Positions 43,221 through 53,238 of a stretch of 64,000 nt of DNA are shown here, in pieces. The stretch lies in the IMG/VR virus record IMGVR_UViG_2706795039_000001, positions 32,001-96,000 of that record; one strand, 5' to 3'. This DNA comes from a virus (taxonomy: Duplodnaviria > Caudoviricetes). A program made the position numbers and the translations under genes. The notes beneath the pieces are model-generated. The model was not told where the DNA came from, did no database searches, and saw nothing but the letters and a program-made list of their open reading frames with translations. The first letter of the stretch is position 1. Every line of letters starts with the position of its first letter.

Positions 43221-45081
43221 GTTAAACAGGCTCCTAGGCAGCAACGCCCTCGTGTATGGCGATTTTGATTTCGACCTTAGCTCACATACGGTATACCAAT
43301 TAATTGGTAAGAATGGTTCAGGTAAGTCATCTATACCTGTAATCTTGGAAGAGATACTGTACAACGACAATTCTAGGGGGCTGACTAAGGCTGAAATACC
43401 TAACAGAGAAACAGGTAAAACTGGCTGGTGGGGTGAGGTTCATTTCTCTATAGACTCAGACGAGTTTGTAGCTAGAAAAGAAGTAAAGTCCTCGGCTAAA
43501 CTTACACTAACTAAGAATGGGCAGGATATTAGTGGACATACTGCTACACAGACCTACTCTATACTAAAAGAAACCTTAGGCGGATTGGACTTTAAAGCTT
43601 TCTCTAAGCTAGTTTATCAGTCTACTGATTCCTCTATGGATTTCCTCCAAGCTACTGATGCTAATAGGAAAAAATTCCTAATAGAATTGCTTGGGTTAGA
43701 CGGATACTCTCAGATTGAAGATTCTCTAAAATCTAGCAAGAAAACCATATCTGCTGCACTAGACTCTGCAAAATCCAGGCTATCAGTAATAGATAAGTAC
43801 CTTACCTCAACACAGGCTAGGGAGTATCAAGTAGTCTTGATCGTCCCAACCATACCAGAGGGCTTAGAGGACTCTATAGCTTCTCTTAATTCAGAGTTGC
43901 TACAAGCTGCCGCTACTAACAAAGCAATCAAAGAAGCAGAAGATAGGAATAAAGCTAAGGATGCCCAACTAGCTAGATTACAAAAAGCTCAAGAAAACCT
44001 ATCAGCACTGCTATCTAAAGAACCTGAACCTGCTGAAGACGTTAGAGATGCTCTTAAAACTGCACAAAAAGAGCTTACCCAAGTAGAGACGAAGATGGCG
44101 GGGTACAGAGCTGACTATAATCAGTTCAAGGAAGCTGCTGGCAATACTCACTGCAAGGCATGTGGTAGCGAATTAGATGTTAGTGATAAAGCACACGCTA
44201 TGCAGATAGCCAAGCAGAACTTTGAGTCTTTAAAACCTGACCGCGACCGTTTACGGTCGGAACTGGAGTCTCTTACTGAAAAAACTAAAAAGTATGAGGC
44301 ATTAGTAGCTTGGGAGAATAAGTTAGCGCTTGCGAAGTCAGAAGTCGATTCACTATCCGGCCTAGACACTACTAAGGAAGAGGTTGGCGAAGAAGTTGAT
44401 ATTACTCAACTCCGCAACAGGCTAGAAATAAACAAGGCAGAGCTTAACAAGGTTAGGAAGCAGATTGAGGATGTAAATAAGTTTAACACAGACGTCCTAA
44501 TCAACAACGCCAAGGTAGATGAGCAGCTGGCTTCTCTTCAGAAAATGAAAGAGGATAAAGTAACCATAAGCAAAGAAATAGCCGAGTTAACAGAAGAATT
44601 AGCAGAGCTAGATACTCTTTGTTCAGCGTTTGGTGCCAAAGGAATTATAGCCTACAAGATTGAAAGTAGTGTTAAAGTATTTGAAGAAATGATTAACCAC
44701 TACTTATCTGAGTTTACTGATGGTCAGTTCGCACTTGGTTTTGAGCTTGACAGCTCCAAATTAGCAGTCATTATTTATGACGACTCTGTGCCAGTCCGTA
44801 TGAAAGCCCTGTCTAGTGGTGAAAAGAATAAAGTAAACGTCGCGACACTTTTAGCCATTAGAAACATGATGGCTGCCATCAGTAAGACTAACATCAATCT
44901 TCTGTTCCTAGACGAGGTAATTAGTGTCTTAGACCAGGAATCTAGGGATACACTGGTTAACATCCTCCTTAAAGAAGAGCATTTAAATTCATTTCTAGTT
45001 AGTCACGGGTATACACACCCGCTAACTAAAGCGGTTCGTTTAGTAAAACGTAACAAAGTAAGTAAAGTAATCCATGACTGA
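43210..45081 (+). CDS. D13: SbcC/Rad50-like ATPase D13
   Basis: GKNGSGKS, CKAC hook, LSSGE, FLDE, VSH. Confidence 0.93.
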   Translation: MQVKLNRLLGSNALVYGDFDFDLSSHTVYQLIGKNGSGKSSIPVILEEILYNDNSRGLTKAEIPNRETGKTGWWGEVHFSIDSDEFVARKEVKSSAKLTLTKNGQDISGHTATQTYSILKETLGGLDFKAFSKLVYQSTDSSMDFLQATDANRKKFLIELLGLDGYSQIEDSLKSSKKTISAALDSAKSRLSVIDKYLTSTQAREYQVVLIVPTIPEGLEDSIASLNSELLQAAATNKAIKEAEDRNKAKDAQLARLQKAQENLSALLSKEPEPAEDVRDALKTAQKELTQVETKMAGYRADYNQFKEAAGNTHCKACGSELDVSDKAHAMQIAKQNFESLKPDRDRLRSELESLTEKTKKYEALVAWENKLALAKSEVDSLSGLDTTKEEVGEEVDITQLRNRLEINKAELNKVRKQIEDVNKFNTDVLINNAKVDEQLASLQKMKEDKVTISKEIAELTEELAELDTLCSAFGAKGIIAYKIESSVKVFEEMINHYLSEFTDGQFALGFELDSSKLAVIIYDDSVPVRMKALSSGEKNKVNVATLLAIRNMMAAISKTNINLLFLDEVISVLDQESRDTLVNILLKEEHLNSFLVSHGYTHPLTKAVRLVKRNKVSKVIHD

Positions 45082-45553
45082 TAGTAGAGATAAAGGAAAA
45101 CGTGGCGAGTACCTGGTAAGGGACATACTGATTGAGAAGACTGGATTAAACTGGGAAAGAGTTCCAGGTTCTGGTGCTTTTGGTGCATCTCATGGCCTGA
45201 AGGGAGATATTTATCTCCCTATCAGTTCTGGGAAAATGTCCAAGTTCACAATCGAAGTCAAGTGGTACCAAGATGAACAGCTGACTAGTAACATTATGAA
45301 GGCAACCTCTAGTACTCTAGACAAGTGGCTAGACCAGACTTACCGAGAAGCTAGAGAAATGAATGCTCGCCCCATGCTTGTATTCAAGAAAGACCGTGGC
45401 AACTGGTTAGTAGCTATTGATTCGGAAGACGCGGAAGCGATAAACCCTAACATCGCCACCCACATAACGTACTTAAAAAATTCACGCGCAGTAAGGATTT
45501 ACGACTTTAAAGAGTTCCTTGATGCGATTACAACAGAGGATCTTCTTAAATGA
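45074..45553 (+). CDS. D14: D14 Holliday junction resolvase-like nuclease
   Basis: KGKRGE, PGSGA, GD, IEVK. Confidence 0.85.
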   Translation: MTDSRDKGKRGEYLVRDILIEKTGLNWERVPGSGAFGASHGLKGDIYLPISSGKMSKFTIEVKWYQDEQLTSNIMKATSSTLDKWLDQTYREAREMNARPMLVFKKDRGNWLVAIDSEDAEAINPNIATHITYLKNSRAVRIYDFKEFLDAITTEDLLK

Positions 45554-46446
45554 GTAACATTGACCTAAGTTCTTGGGATGCTGGCATCGAAGATGCCATG
45601 ATTCCCAATACAAACCTAATGCTAGTGGACGCGCTAAACCTAGCATTCAGGTATAAACATAAAAATGCAAAAGACTTCGCGGCTGATTATATAAAGACAA
45701 TAAACTCACTGGCGAAGTCTTATCATGCTGCTAAGGTTATTGTACTTACGGACTTCAAAGGTTCTTCGTATAGGAAGGAGCTACATCCTCTATACAAATC
45801 TGACCGTAAAAAGCAGTTTGAAAACCAGACAGAGGAAGAAAAGCAGGCGTCCGACGAGTTCTTTGCTGAGTTCAACAAAGCGCTAGATATGGCATCTCAA
45901 GCGTTTACTTTGGTCAAACTGGAGAAGGTTGAGGCGGATGACGTAGCGACCTTCTTTGTAGAGGCTTTTGAAGACGGAGAACACTTTGACCACATCTGGT
46001 TAATCTCAACCGATAAAGACTGGGACGAACTACTTGGTGAGAATGTTAGCAGGTTCTCTTATACCACTAGAAGGGAATACACTCTAGATAACTTCTACGA
46101 GCATCACGCGTGTGACACACCGGAGCAATACACTTCCATTAAGGCAATTATGGGAGACCAAGGAGACTCAGTGTACGGTGTTGATGGTATTGGGGAAAAG
46201 CGTGCGTACAATTTGGTTAGACAGTATGGTAGTGTTTTTGATATTGCTGACCTACTACCAATAGAAGGCAAACAGCTTTATATTCAGAAGCTAAATGAAT
46301 CGTATGATAAGCTTTTGCTAAACGCTCAACTAGTTGACCTTCGTGGTTGGCATAGAGAAGCTATTGCTCACCCAGACCCAGAAAATATTACCTACCTAGA
46401 GAGCATTGTTTCAGAATTAAAGGAGAAGTTCCATGCAACCTATTAG
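45550..46446 (+). CDS. D15: flap endonuclease D15
   Basis: VDALNLAFR, YKSDR, EADD, STDKDW, GDQGD...GIGEK. Confidence 0.93.
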   Translation: MSNIDLSSWDAGIEDAMIPNTNLMLVDALNLAFRYKHKNAKDFAADYIKTINSLAKSYHAAKVIVLTDFKGSSYRKELHPLYKSDRKKQFENQTEEEKQASDEFFAEFNKALDMASQAFTLVKLEKVEADDVATFFVEAFEDGEHFDHIWLISTDKDWDELLGENVSRFSYTTRREYTLDNFYEHHACDTPEQYTSIKAIMGDQGDSVYGVDGIGEKRAYNLVRQYGSVFDIADLLPIEGKQLYIQKLNESYDKLLLNAQLVDLRGWHREAIAHPDPENITYLESIVSELKEKFHATY

Positions 46447-46885
46447 ACTAGTAGTGGCTAATGAAAATTGTAAACCACACGTAGGCTCAGCAGAAGCTGC
46501 TGGGATGGATTTACGTATGAATGTGAAAACTGCTACAGGGTTTACACCTTTCCTACCTAACCAAGTGTTAAAATTTGGTACAGGCGTAAAAATAGAAATT
46601 CCTAAGGGTTGGGTGGGTCTTGTGATGCCTCGTTCAGGCCTAGGTACTAAATACGAGGTCACTCTTTTAAACACTGTCGGAGTTATTGATAGTGACTATC
46701 GTGGAGAGATTCAGGTAGCTATTAGGAACAGGGGCGACAAGGAAGTAATGCTAGAAGACTACGAAAGGGTATGTCAGATGGTTCTAGTACCACATTATCT
46801 AGTATTCAATAATCTTGAGTACGTAGACTCCCTTAGCGAGACTGAACGTGGAGAGAATGGCCACGGAAGCTCCGGTAAGTTATAG
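46433..46885 (+). CDS. dut: dUTPase
   Basis: AGMDL, PRSGLG, GVIDSDYRGEI, RGENGHGSSG. Confidence 0.96.
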   Translation: MQPIRLVVANENCKPHVGSAEAAGMDLRMNVKTATGFTPFLPNQVLKFGTGVKIEIPKGWVGLVMPRSGLGTKYEVTLLNTVGVIDSDYRGEIQVAIRNRGDKEVMLEDYERVCQMVLVPHYLVFNNLEYVDSLSETERGENGHGSSGKL

Positions 46886-46891
46886 GCAAAG

Positions 46892-46920
46892 AAAAAAGGA
46901 CGCATTATGCGTCCTTTTTT
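46892..46920. terminator. bidirectional terminator between convergent units
   Basis: AAAAAAGGACGCA-TTA-TGCGTCCTTTTT. Confidence 0.85.
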
Positions 46921-46927
46921 ATTACTT

Positions 46928-47995
46928 TTAGATAATATTAATTATCTGGTTGTTAAGCTCGGCTAGTGTGATTGAGGCATCTGCTTGCCAAGAGCCACCT
47001 AAAGCATAGGGTGCGTTAGCAGAAGTGGCTTTATTCATGTAGAACCCAAAATTCGTAGGTAGGGCAAATGCAGTCCTTGCTGAGTCCGCATTTACGGAGC
47101 CGTTCCCAGTACGTAAAACGGAAGGAACCTTGCGTTTTCTTTTTGTGAACCTAACTTGGTAATAATGCGCTCTGTTAGCAGTTGTGGAATTGTTAACGTA
47201 AGTAGATTCGCCAACTTCGTAATGTTCTAAGCACCTATCAAACCCGTCTTGAACTGGATGCCAAGGACGCTTGAACTGCCCTGCGTAAATATCAAATTTA
47301 CCAGTAGTAGCAAATGGCAGGGCAACCGCAAAGTGACCAGAGGCAGGGGAGGTAAACTCCCCTATAACTACATCATCTCTAGTAACAGTATGCTTCGTGT
47401 TAGGGCGGTACTTACCCGCCTCTATCACGTAGCCCATCCTAGTACTAGAAACTTTCATCCACTGGTCATATCCATATGCTCCAGTTGTTAATGTACTCCA
47501 GTTCCCGTTAAATGCGCGCTGATTAATAGGGTTATCTGTTAAGTCAGCATTCGCACACAGGTTAGGTAGTGACATGGCTGACATAAGTTCGTCAATACCA
47601 ACACGAGAGATGCGGCGTTTATAACCCACAAGTTTTGTAAACCTCGCAAGCATAGCACTTCCTGTGGATACTAGCCCTACATAAACAGACCTCTCACCTA
47701 GATAACTTAAAGTTATTTCTCCTGTGCCTGACCCTGCTGTTTGCGTCCTTTCTCCTACCAACCATGCCCGTTGTTTTAGTGATGCTACGTCAATTTCTGA
47801 TGTAACTCTAATAGCATTATTCATATTGGCGTCTGTAGAGATTACACCTGACGCCAGCAAGAACTCGAAATCACTCAAGTCGAATGCAAGATTATAGGTG
47901 CCAACGGCATACACACCTTCGGGCAAGAGTACAACTTCATCTAGAACTTCTTGTTCTAGGTTGCTTCCGAAGAAGTCTTTAATTGTTGCTTTCAT
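46928..47995 (-). CDS. tail fibre-associated protein
   Basis: NLCANAD..INQR...YGYDQW and CLEHYE...V.F..RKR..P fibre-type motifs. Confidence 0.65.
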   Translation of the reverse strand: MKATIKDFFGSNLEQEVLDEVVLLPEGVYAVGTYNLAFDLSDFEFLLASGVISTDANMNNAIRVTSEIDVASLKQRAWLVGERTQTAGSGTGEITLSYLGERSVYVGLVSTGSAMLARFTKLVGYKRRISRVGIDELMSAMSLPNLCANADLTDNPINQRAFNGNWSTLTTGAYGYDQWMKVSSTRMGYVIEAGKYRPNTKHTVTRDDVVIGEFTSPASGHFAVALPFATTGKFDIYAGQFKRPWHPVQDGFDRCLEHYEVGESTYVNNSTTANRAHYYQVRFTKRKRKVPSVLRTGNGSVNADSARTAFALPTNFGFYMNKATSANAPYALGGSWQADASITLAELNNQIINII

Positions 47996-50900
47996 TATCT
48001 AATACCTCTCACTTCTTTTATAGCTACGGCCGTCCATCCTGAGCCTTGAAAAGCAACGGCTTTGATTTGAGTCTCGGAAGGGAAATCTACATAAATACTG
48101 ACACTATCGACCGAACTTACATAAGAAGTCCACAAGCCAAAACGTTTAGTAGGGGTGATAGAAGCTACGGGTATCGTTGTGTTAAAAACATGTTCTAGGC
48201 CTGAAAAAGATGAAGCAGCCGTTACTAGAAGGTATCTATACCTTGAGTAGTCTGCCACAGAGGCTGTATTGTTATTGAAAAGACTCCCGCTAAAAATGAC
48301 ATCTTCTGCTTCTAGCTCTTCCACACGAGACTCAAGAGCATTGTAGCTTCCGTCTGTACCAACACCATCTACCCACTGCCACTTGCCATTAATCTTCTGG
48401 AAGTAAGCAACACAAGGTCTGTCTATGGACAACTCACTAAAGTCCTCTACTCCGTTAGTAATCCTTTCGGTACCGAAATTTATAGTAGCGGTTAGTCCTG
48501 CTAGGCCTCTATCCCATTTAGTCAGGTCAACTACGAACCAGTCGGAGTTAGTAAACCCGGACGGTACTGTTACAGTCTTATTTACTCCGTCAGCCATACT
48601 CAAAGAATATGCCTGATTTTTTACTACAGTAAATGAGGCTGTTCTGACAATAAATGGAGGAACACCTGATCCACTACCACTACCTCCTAGAGGAAGTACT
48701 GTGCCTGCAGCGTCAACTAACTCAGCTTGGTTTGTCTCAGTGTTGAACCTTAGTGCTCTTGTGTTTGCAGGGAACTCACCTGACGCTGGGCGGTTAGCCG
48801 TAGTACCTGCTGGTATAAATGCTGCCTTGGTAGACCCAGGCACCGCACCTACATCAGTAGCTGAAGGTTTGAAGCCTTCGTGGTATACTAGCCCGCCATT
48901 GTAGTACCTACCACTCCCTTTAGAGAAATCTGCAAGTTGAGTGATTTTAGTACCTGCAGGAGTAGTTACCCCAGCGTTATATACTGACTCACTGACAGCA
49001 ACAGAAGTAGTACCTGTTTGAATAGTGATACCACTAATGTGGGTTACAGTAACAGGGAACGCCGCACCATCTACATAGAATGCGTAGGATGACGTGTTTT
49101 CTGAGTTAGCCCATACAGAGTGTATAGCCCGTTCGGTAGAGGGATAAATCCTAAACACACCGTCCACATAACTACCAGAGTCTGACCAGCCACCAACTTT
49201 AACATTACCTTTAAAGGAGCAGTTATTCATCGGGTCTGACCCGCCTGAACTTCTAGTGCTAATCATTATCTCTTGGGTTAGTAGCATTGCTGACAGGCCG
49301 CTAAATACTACCGGGTATAGCTTACCAGTAGTAGCCCCAGTAGGTGCACCAATTACAGTAGTTTGGTAAATGTGGCCGTCACCAGAGTGGAAGATGTCTC
49401 TAACAGACCCACCTGTTTCGTACTGTAGCTTGTTTCTCCCTACTCTAATGTAGTCATCTGGAGTAGTAGTACCAGTAGAGCTACCCCCAAATATATATTC
49501 ACCAGAAGCAGGGCTAGAGGCTACTATTGCCTTATGCGTGGTTGAACCAAACCTAGTGCCAACCCCGCCACCAGTACCGAATATAAAGCTTCCGGAGAAC
49601 GTACCCCCAAGAATCTCTGATGCATTGGGCTTATCTAAAGAAGTATATATCCTGCCCTCAGTAGCGCTCCCAGCCTTCCTGACTGTGATAGTGCCGAGAG
49701 AATCTATATACGTAGTTTCTACAGTATTACCAAGTATCGTGGCCTGGCCTGCCCCACCTGGCCTAGCGATATTGCTTCCAGAGTTATTTACCAAGCCTCC
49801 GGTAGTTGTCCTCAGTCTAACAGCGTCAGTACGTACCTCACCGGACGCGGATAAAACAAAGTGCCCGTCCTTAGAAAACTCCCAAGTCTTACCACCTGTG
49901 CCGTCAGATTTAATCATATGAAGGACTGTGGAAGTAACCCCAGAAGAACCAAGAAGTTGCCCAAGAGCAGATACATAAGTAGTATTGCTAGGAGTATGTG
50001 TGCCCCTCTGTTTTATGAAAGGCCTGAATTCACTGGTACCAGTGGATGTGTAGGTAGTGAAAACGTCTGCTTTAGTTGACCCTTGGTTAGAAAATGAGTA
50101 ACTTTCTTTATAAGGACTAATGTAAATAGGGTCTGCCGTGCCAAATATAACTTCCCCAGTGAACGTGTCGCCAGCTTTAGCTGCAGCACCTAGCTCAGTT
50201 AAAGTTGGTTTAAATCCTTGATGGTAGACTTTATGGCCGTTAACCCTAAGGTTGTTGTCCGAAACTAAGAAGCTTACGGACTCCAAAGACTCATTGCTGG
50301 TAAATGCTTTACTGAAGACTATTCTGCCAGCGTTATTAGAGCTACTTCCTGCTTGTATGTAGGCTGTGCCGCTAGAGTTAGTGAACATCATCCTAGCGGT
50401 GTATGCACTAGAGTGGTCGGCTATTAATAGCGAGCCTGCAATGTCTCCTCCAGTGATAGATACTGCACCCACGTCAGCCGCTGTAGGTTTATTGCCAGTA
50501 GAGTATACTCTTGAGCTGCCGTTCTCAAATAAAGCCCCTTGAGCGTAGAAAGCCTTACTCTCGTCTACTATATATAGGGAAATAGTATTATCTACGCCGT
50601 GGCGTAACTCTAAGTTGCCGTTGGAGTGCTGGGAGAAGCTCCAATCCCTAACACTAGACTTGGTTGATCGTACTTCGCCAGTAACGTTGACTGAGCCCCC
50701 GCGGTAAGAGTTAACCCAGGCCTCTCCAAACCACCAGTCAGTAGTACCTAGGTAACTTACTGCGGCAGCTCCTACACCCTCTTTTCTAGGTAAGAAACCC
50801 TTATCCTCCCTACCAGCTACTAGGTCGGTGTTACCGCCTACCCTAATTCTTCCAGCATTTGGCGCTAACCAGAGACCTGAGTCAGATAAGTCTGTGAAGG

Positions 50901-52449
50901 TAGGTTTCTGCCCAGCTGTATAAATCTTGTGGCCTTGCGCAGTCCAGTATCCTGTAGTCGGGTTGAATGCTAGCTGGTTTGCAAAATCATTACTCCCATC
51001 AGACTTAACAGGGGTGATCCAAGCGGCAGAAGCGTTGCCCCCTATTACAATACCTATCTCAGATCCGACTCTAGCCGTGAATCTATGTGCACTAACTAGG
51101 CCTGAGATGTTACCTCCTGTTATAGGCAAGGCCCCAACATCTTGAGCTGTTAGGGTAACAGACTGACCAGACTTGCCGTTAACCTCTAGAACACCTGCAA
51201 TACCTACCGGTATGTGTTCCCAGGTGTTAGCAGGAGTATCATAGAACAGGAAGTCACCATTAGTTACGGTAGTACCTGCTAAAACTCCAGTTGTATAAGT
51301 AAATCTACCAGAAGGGTCTGTAATTTTGATTAGCCACATTGTATCCCTAGTTACTCCTGTAACTGAAGGGTATGGGTTAGCTGTGGTAGGGTTGTATGTA
51401 CCAGCCGATACGAATGTCTGCTGCGCGAAATGCTTAGCCTTTTCAGCCCAGTGGAAAGCAGAGTACCTACCAAGCTCTACTACCTCATCCTCAGGAGCAG
51501 TAGCGTACTTCTGTGCTAGGTTTTTAGCAGCAGTTGCTGCTGAGGCATTGGCTGCTGAGTTAGCTTCACTAGTCGCAGCAGCATTTTTACTGTTGTTAGC
51601 GGCAGTTGCAGAGTTAGCTGCATTAGTTGCACTAGTTGCAGCAGCATTTTTACTGGTATTGGCCTCTGATGCTGAATTAGCTGCCGCAGATTGAGATGCA
51701 GCAGCTGCTGTTGCACTATTAGATGCAGCTATTTGGCTAGCTGATGCTTGGCTAGCGCTAGTAGCAGCTGCGTTTTTACTAGCCAGTGCATCGCTAGCCG
51801 AATTGGACGCGTTAGTTGCACTAGTTGCAGCCGCATTTTTACTAGTATTAGCAGCGCTTGCAGAACTAGCTGCGTTAGTTTCAGAGGTCTTGGAGTTTGT
51901 TTCTGAAGTTTTAGCTGCATTTTGACTTGCTAGAGCTGCTGAGGCGGAGGAAGCTGCCGCATTCTTGCTATTGTTAGCCGCTGTAGCAGAGTTTGCAGAA
52001 TTAGTAGCGGAGGCTGCCGCAGCTGCTTGAGATGCAGCAGCTGCTAGTTCAGAGGCACGAGCTGCTACTTGGGAGGCTGCCGCTGCCAATTCAGATGACT
52101 TGGCATTGTCTGAGGCAGTTTCCGCCCTAACTACTAGCGCTAATAGGTCTGCGGCTGCCTGGTTTAGCTGGTCTACCGTGTCATTGGCAAGCTCAACAGC
52201 ATTATCTATAGATTGTAACGCTTCGTTGACTCTACCCTCTATAGCACCTAGTTGAGCCTGTAACTCAACTAGAGATTCAAGGCCTACCACCTGTAGCCCT
52301 TCATCAACGGCCACATGTATCTCTGACCCTTGACCGTTGAGTAAACTATCAAGTATAGTAGCAGTAGAGTTCAGCCCCTCCACTTCAATAGACACAGGGC
52401 CGGTTTGCTGCCCGTCAAGGACAGGCTCTTTGATTATTAGATCTGCCAT
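47995..52449 (-). CDS. ltf: lateral (L-shaped) tail fibre
   Basis: Ala/Ser coiled-coil repeats then five Y..xxKP[TSN]xxxxGA-type linkers; position after collar gene. Confidence 0.85.
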   Translation of the reverse strand: MADLIIKEPVLDGQQTGPVSIEVEGLNSTATILDSLLNGQGSEIHVAVDEGLQVVGLESLVELQAQLGAIEGRVNEALQSIDNAVELANDTVDQLNQAAADLLALVVRAETASDNAKSSELAAAASQVAARASELAAAASQAAAAASATNSANSATAANNSKNAAASSASAALASQNAAKTSETNSKTSETNAASSASAANTSKNAAATSATNASNSASDALASKNAAATSASQASASQIAASNSATAAAASQSAAANSASEANTSKNAAATSATNAANSATAANNSKNAAATSEANSAANASAATAAKNLAQKYATAPEDEVVELGRYSAFHWAEKAKHFAQQTFVSAGTYNPTTANPYPSVTGVTRDTMWLIKITDPSGRFTYTTGVLAGTTVTNGDFLFYDTPANTWEHIPVGIAGVLEVNGKSGQSVTLTAQDVGALPITGGNISGLVSAHRFTARVGSEIGIVIGGNASAAWITPVKSDGSNDFANQLAFNPTTGYWTAQGHKIYTAGQKPTFTDLSDSGLWLAPNAGRIRVGGNTDLVAGREDKGFLPRKEGVGAAAVSYLGTTDWWFGEAWVNSYRGGSVNVTGEVRSTKSSVRDWSFSQHSNGNLELRHGVDNTISLYIVDESKAFYAQGALFENGSSRVYSTGNKPTAADVGAVSITGGDIAGSLLIADHSSAYTARMMFTNSSGTAYIQAGSSSNNAGRIVFSKAFTSNESLESVSFLVSDNNLRVNGHKVYHQGFKPTLTELGAAAKAGDTFTGEVIFGTADPIYISPYKESYSFSNQGSTKADVFTTYTSTGTSEFRPFIKQRGTHTPSNTTYVSALGQLLGSSGVTSTVLHMIKSDGTGGKTWEFSKDGHFVLSASGEVRTDAVRLRTTTGGLVNNSGSNIARPGGAGQATILGNTVETTYIDSLGTITVRKAGSATEGRIYTSLDKPNASEILGGTFSGSFIFGTGGGVGTRFGSTTHKAIVASSPASGEYIFGGSSTGTTTPDDYIRVGRNKLQYETGGSVRDIFHSGDGHIYQTTVIGAPTGATTGKLYPVVFSGLSAMLLTQEIMISTRSSGGSDPMNNCSFKGNVKVGGWSDSGSYVDGVFRIYPSTERAIHSVWANSENTSSYAFYVDGAAFPVTVTHISGITIQTGTTSVAVSESVYNAGVTTPAGTKITQLADFSKGSGRYYNGGLVYHEGFKPSATDVGAVPGSTKAAFIPAGTTANRPASGEFPANTRALRFNTETNQAELVDAAGTVLPLGGSGSGSGVPPFIVRTASFTVVKNQAYSLSMADGVNKTVTVPSGFTNSDWFVVDLTKWDRGLAGLTATINFGTERITNGVEDFSELSIDRPCVAYFQKINGKWQWVDGVGTDGSYNALESRVEELEAEDVIFSGSLFNNNTASVADYSRYRYLLVTAASSFSGLEHVFNTTIPVASITPTKRFGLWTSYVSSVDSVSIYVDFPSETQIKAVAFQGSGWTAVAIKEVRGIR
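51530..52110 (-). repeat. Ala/Ser/Asn-rich heptad repeat in fibre shaft
   Basis: recurrent SKNAAATSATNA units. Confidence 0.8.
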
Positions 52450-53232
52450 TTAGTATAGATTCCCTACAACTACCAATTGGTAGGAGTCTGCAGTTGTAAC
52501 ACTTACTGGTTTAGCTTTAAACTCCAGAGTATTACCCGTTATATAAATTTCTTGAGATGGCGTGCTAGCTAAGAAGGTGCCTACAGGTGTAGAACCCATC
52601 ACTGGGTTGGATAGAGGCTTTCTGAATAGCTGTACTGACCCGCTGGCTGGAGTAACAAGTACGCCAGATTTAAAATACCTAATCCCTATGTAGTACTTAG
52701 CTACTGAGGAATCTACTGGCAAAATAACCTCAGAGCCTATAGGAGTTACGGGTGACTTGCTTATAGACTGGCTTGGGTTTACTTCAAGGTTGCTATCCTC
52801 AGATGCCGACCTAGTTAGGTACACTGTGCCATAGAATAGCTTTGTGGCCGTGCCAGTAGCTACATCTACAGCTAGGAGGTCGTAAAATCCAATCTTACAA
52901 GCACGAGAGTTGGGAATCCCCGTAGGCTTTAGGTTTGCGACCTGAGCTAACCTAATTGTTTGTTCTCTAGATAAGCCCATGTAAGCTCGCCCACTAGCAC
53001 CGTCAATAATATTGCAAGTTAGTTCTTGTACAAAGGAGGGGTTGTCGAAACTATCCCTAATTTGTGCCACTAGTCGCAGCCCCGTAATATCTAAAGGAAC
53101 CTTCTGAGAGACTACTACAGGCTCCTTAGTAATAGGGTGAGTTCCTTGTGTTACTGCCACTGTCTTTTTAAAAGAGAAGGCTTTAGAGAAGGTTGCCCCT
53201 TCCTGTATGTTGATATTTAGTAGTCCACTCAT
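52450..53232 (-). CDS. collar/fibre-attachment protein (p132-like)
   Basis: INIQEGATF, PLDITG...AQIR, FYDL; synteny. Confidence 0.7.
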   Translation of the reverse strand: MSGLLNINIQEGATFSKAFSFKKTVAVTQGTHPITKEPVVVSQKVPLDITGLRLVAQIRDSFDNPSFVQELTCNIIDGASGRAYMGLSREQTIRLAQVANLKPTGIPNSRACKIGFYDLLAVDVATGTATKLFYGTVYLTRSASEDSNLEVNPSQSISKSPVTPIGSEVILPVDSSVAKYYIGIRYFKSGVLVTPASGSVQLFRKPLSNPVMGSTPVGTFLASTPSQEIYITGNTLEFKAKPVSVTTADSYQLVVVGNLY

Positions 53233-53238
53233 TAAATG

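Noticed and set aside
51530-52110. DNA-level repeat system or DGR in tail fibre
   Set aside because: Repeats follow the Ala/Ser coiled-coil periodicity; no RT or template/variable repeat pair seen
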